From Candidatus Heimdallarchaeota archaeon (GTDB lineage: Archaea; Asgardarchaeota; Heimdallarchaeia; JABLTI01), in assembly GCA_030614005.1 (NCBI GenBank), contig JAUWKS010000013.1, positions 38,337 through 62,336 on the forward strand: 24,000 bases of DNA, given 5' to 3'. Under the pieces are notes generated by a model. That model worked only from the letters and a program-made list of their open reading frames with translations, made no database searches and was not told the origin of the DNA. The position numbers and the translations under genes are program-made. Positions 23,689-24,000 of this stretch are shown here, in pieces. Within the stretch, counting starts at the first letter, position 1; each line of letters starts with the position of its first letter.

Positions 23689-24000
23689 CTATTTAATTAT
23701 CATTTTATAGGTCCTCAAGCTTAATAAAACCATTATTAAAACGAAGACCGCACCAAACACATAAACAATGGGTGTGATAATTTGATTGATAATATCAATC
23801 TCTAATATGACACTAATTATTGCTGCGATATAACCAAGAATAAAGAAAATAATAAAAGAGATAGCTATTTTCCAGTATTTGGTTATACTTGCTCCCTCAG
23901 GGAACATTGCTATGATTTTAAGGATCAGAACAAAAGCAAAAACGAAACTTATTATTCCAATGCCGGCTGAAACAAGAGTGAAAATATCTAGTAAATCCAT
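23689..24000 (-). CDS. Small hypothetical membrane protein (3 TM helices), start at or beyond the window edge
   Basis: The 103-aa ORF begins with an ATG exactly at nt 24000, so the true start may lie outside the window. It has three long hydrophobic helices. Confidence 0.6.
   Translation of the reverse strand: MDLLDIFTLVSAGIGIISFVFAFVLILKIIAMFPEGASITKYWKIAISFIIFFILGYIAAIISVILEIDIINQIITPIVYVFGAVFVLIMVLLSLRTYKMIIK

Noticed and set aside
1-24000. Search for tRNA, rRNA, CRISPR repeats, IS elements/transposases, integrases and long direct or inverted repeats
   Set aside because: By eye I found no cloverleaf-compatible GC-rich ~75-nt segments, no regularly spaced repeats, no terminal inverted repeats and no recombinase-like ORFs. 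A proper scan (tRNAscan-SE, Infernal, self-dotplot) would be needed for certainty.

Overview
AT-rich, densely coding window with about 20 protein genes and no rRNA, tRNA, CRISPR array or transposase that I can see. The gene content points to an archaeon: a PAC2/PbaA-type proteasome assembly chaperone with a C-terminal HbYX motif, a beta-CASP RNase, an E1-like ThiF/MoeB enzyme, and TATA-type promoters. Several eukaryote-like or bacteria-like genes suggest an Asgard (Loki-type) genome: a GT22 ALG9/PIG-B-like mannosyltransferase, longin/roadblock proteins and PlsY. The taxon call is inference only. Nt 1-16.7k hold mostly recognisable housekeeping and metabolic genes. These are the beta-CASP RNase, GT-C glycosyltransferase, ThiF-HD-PAC2, homocysteine S-methyltransferase, hydantoinase/oxoprolinase A+B, a PAS-thioredoxin-PAS histidine-kinase-like protein, an Fe-S aldo/keto reductase and PlsY. 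Nt 17.4-24k is a block of uncharacterised genes and is the most interesting part. It encodes a 353-aa protein that reads as longin + DENN/folliculin-like, and a 412-aa protein that reads as tandem roadblock/longin-type domains + winged helix. Around them sit a 549-aa orphan helical protein, a small Cys-containing protein and two polytopic membrane proteins. I propose this block as a candidate archaeal longin/roadblock/DENN GTPase-regulator (membrane-trafficking-like) module. Other observations: the kinase-like protein lacks its phospho-acceptor His and has a CxxC thioredoxin fold embedded between its PAS domains. A 706-aa membrane-anchored protein carries a ~300-residue D/E-rich disordered spacer. 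Stem-loop plus T-tract terminators recur at 3' ends. A perfectly palindromic TATA box lies equidistant between two divergent start codons. All functional calls come from reading motifs in the translations; no database search was possible.
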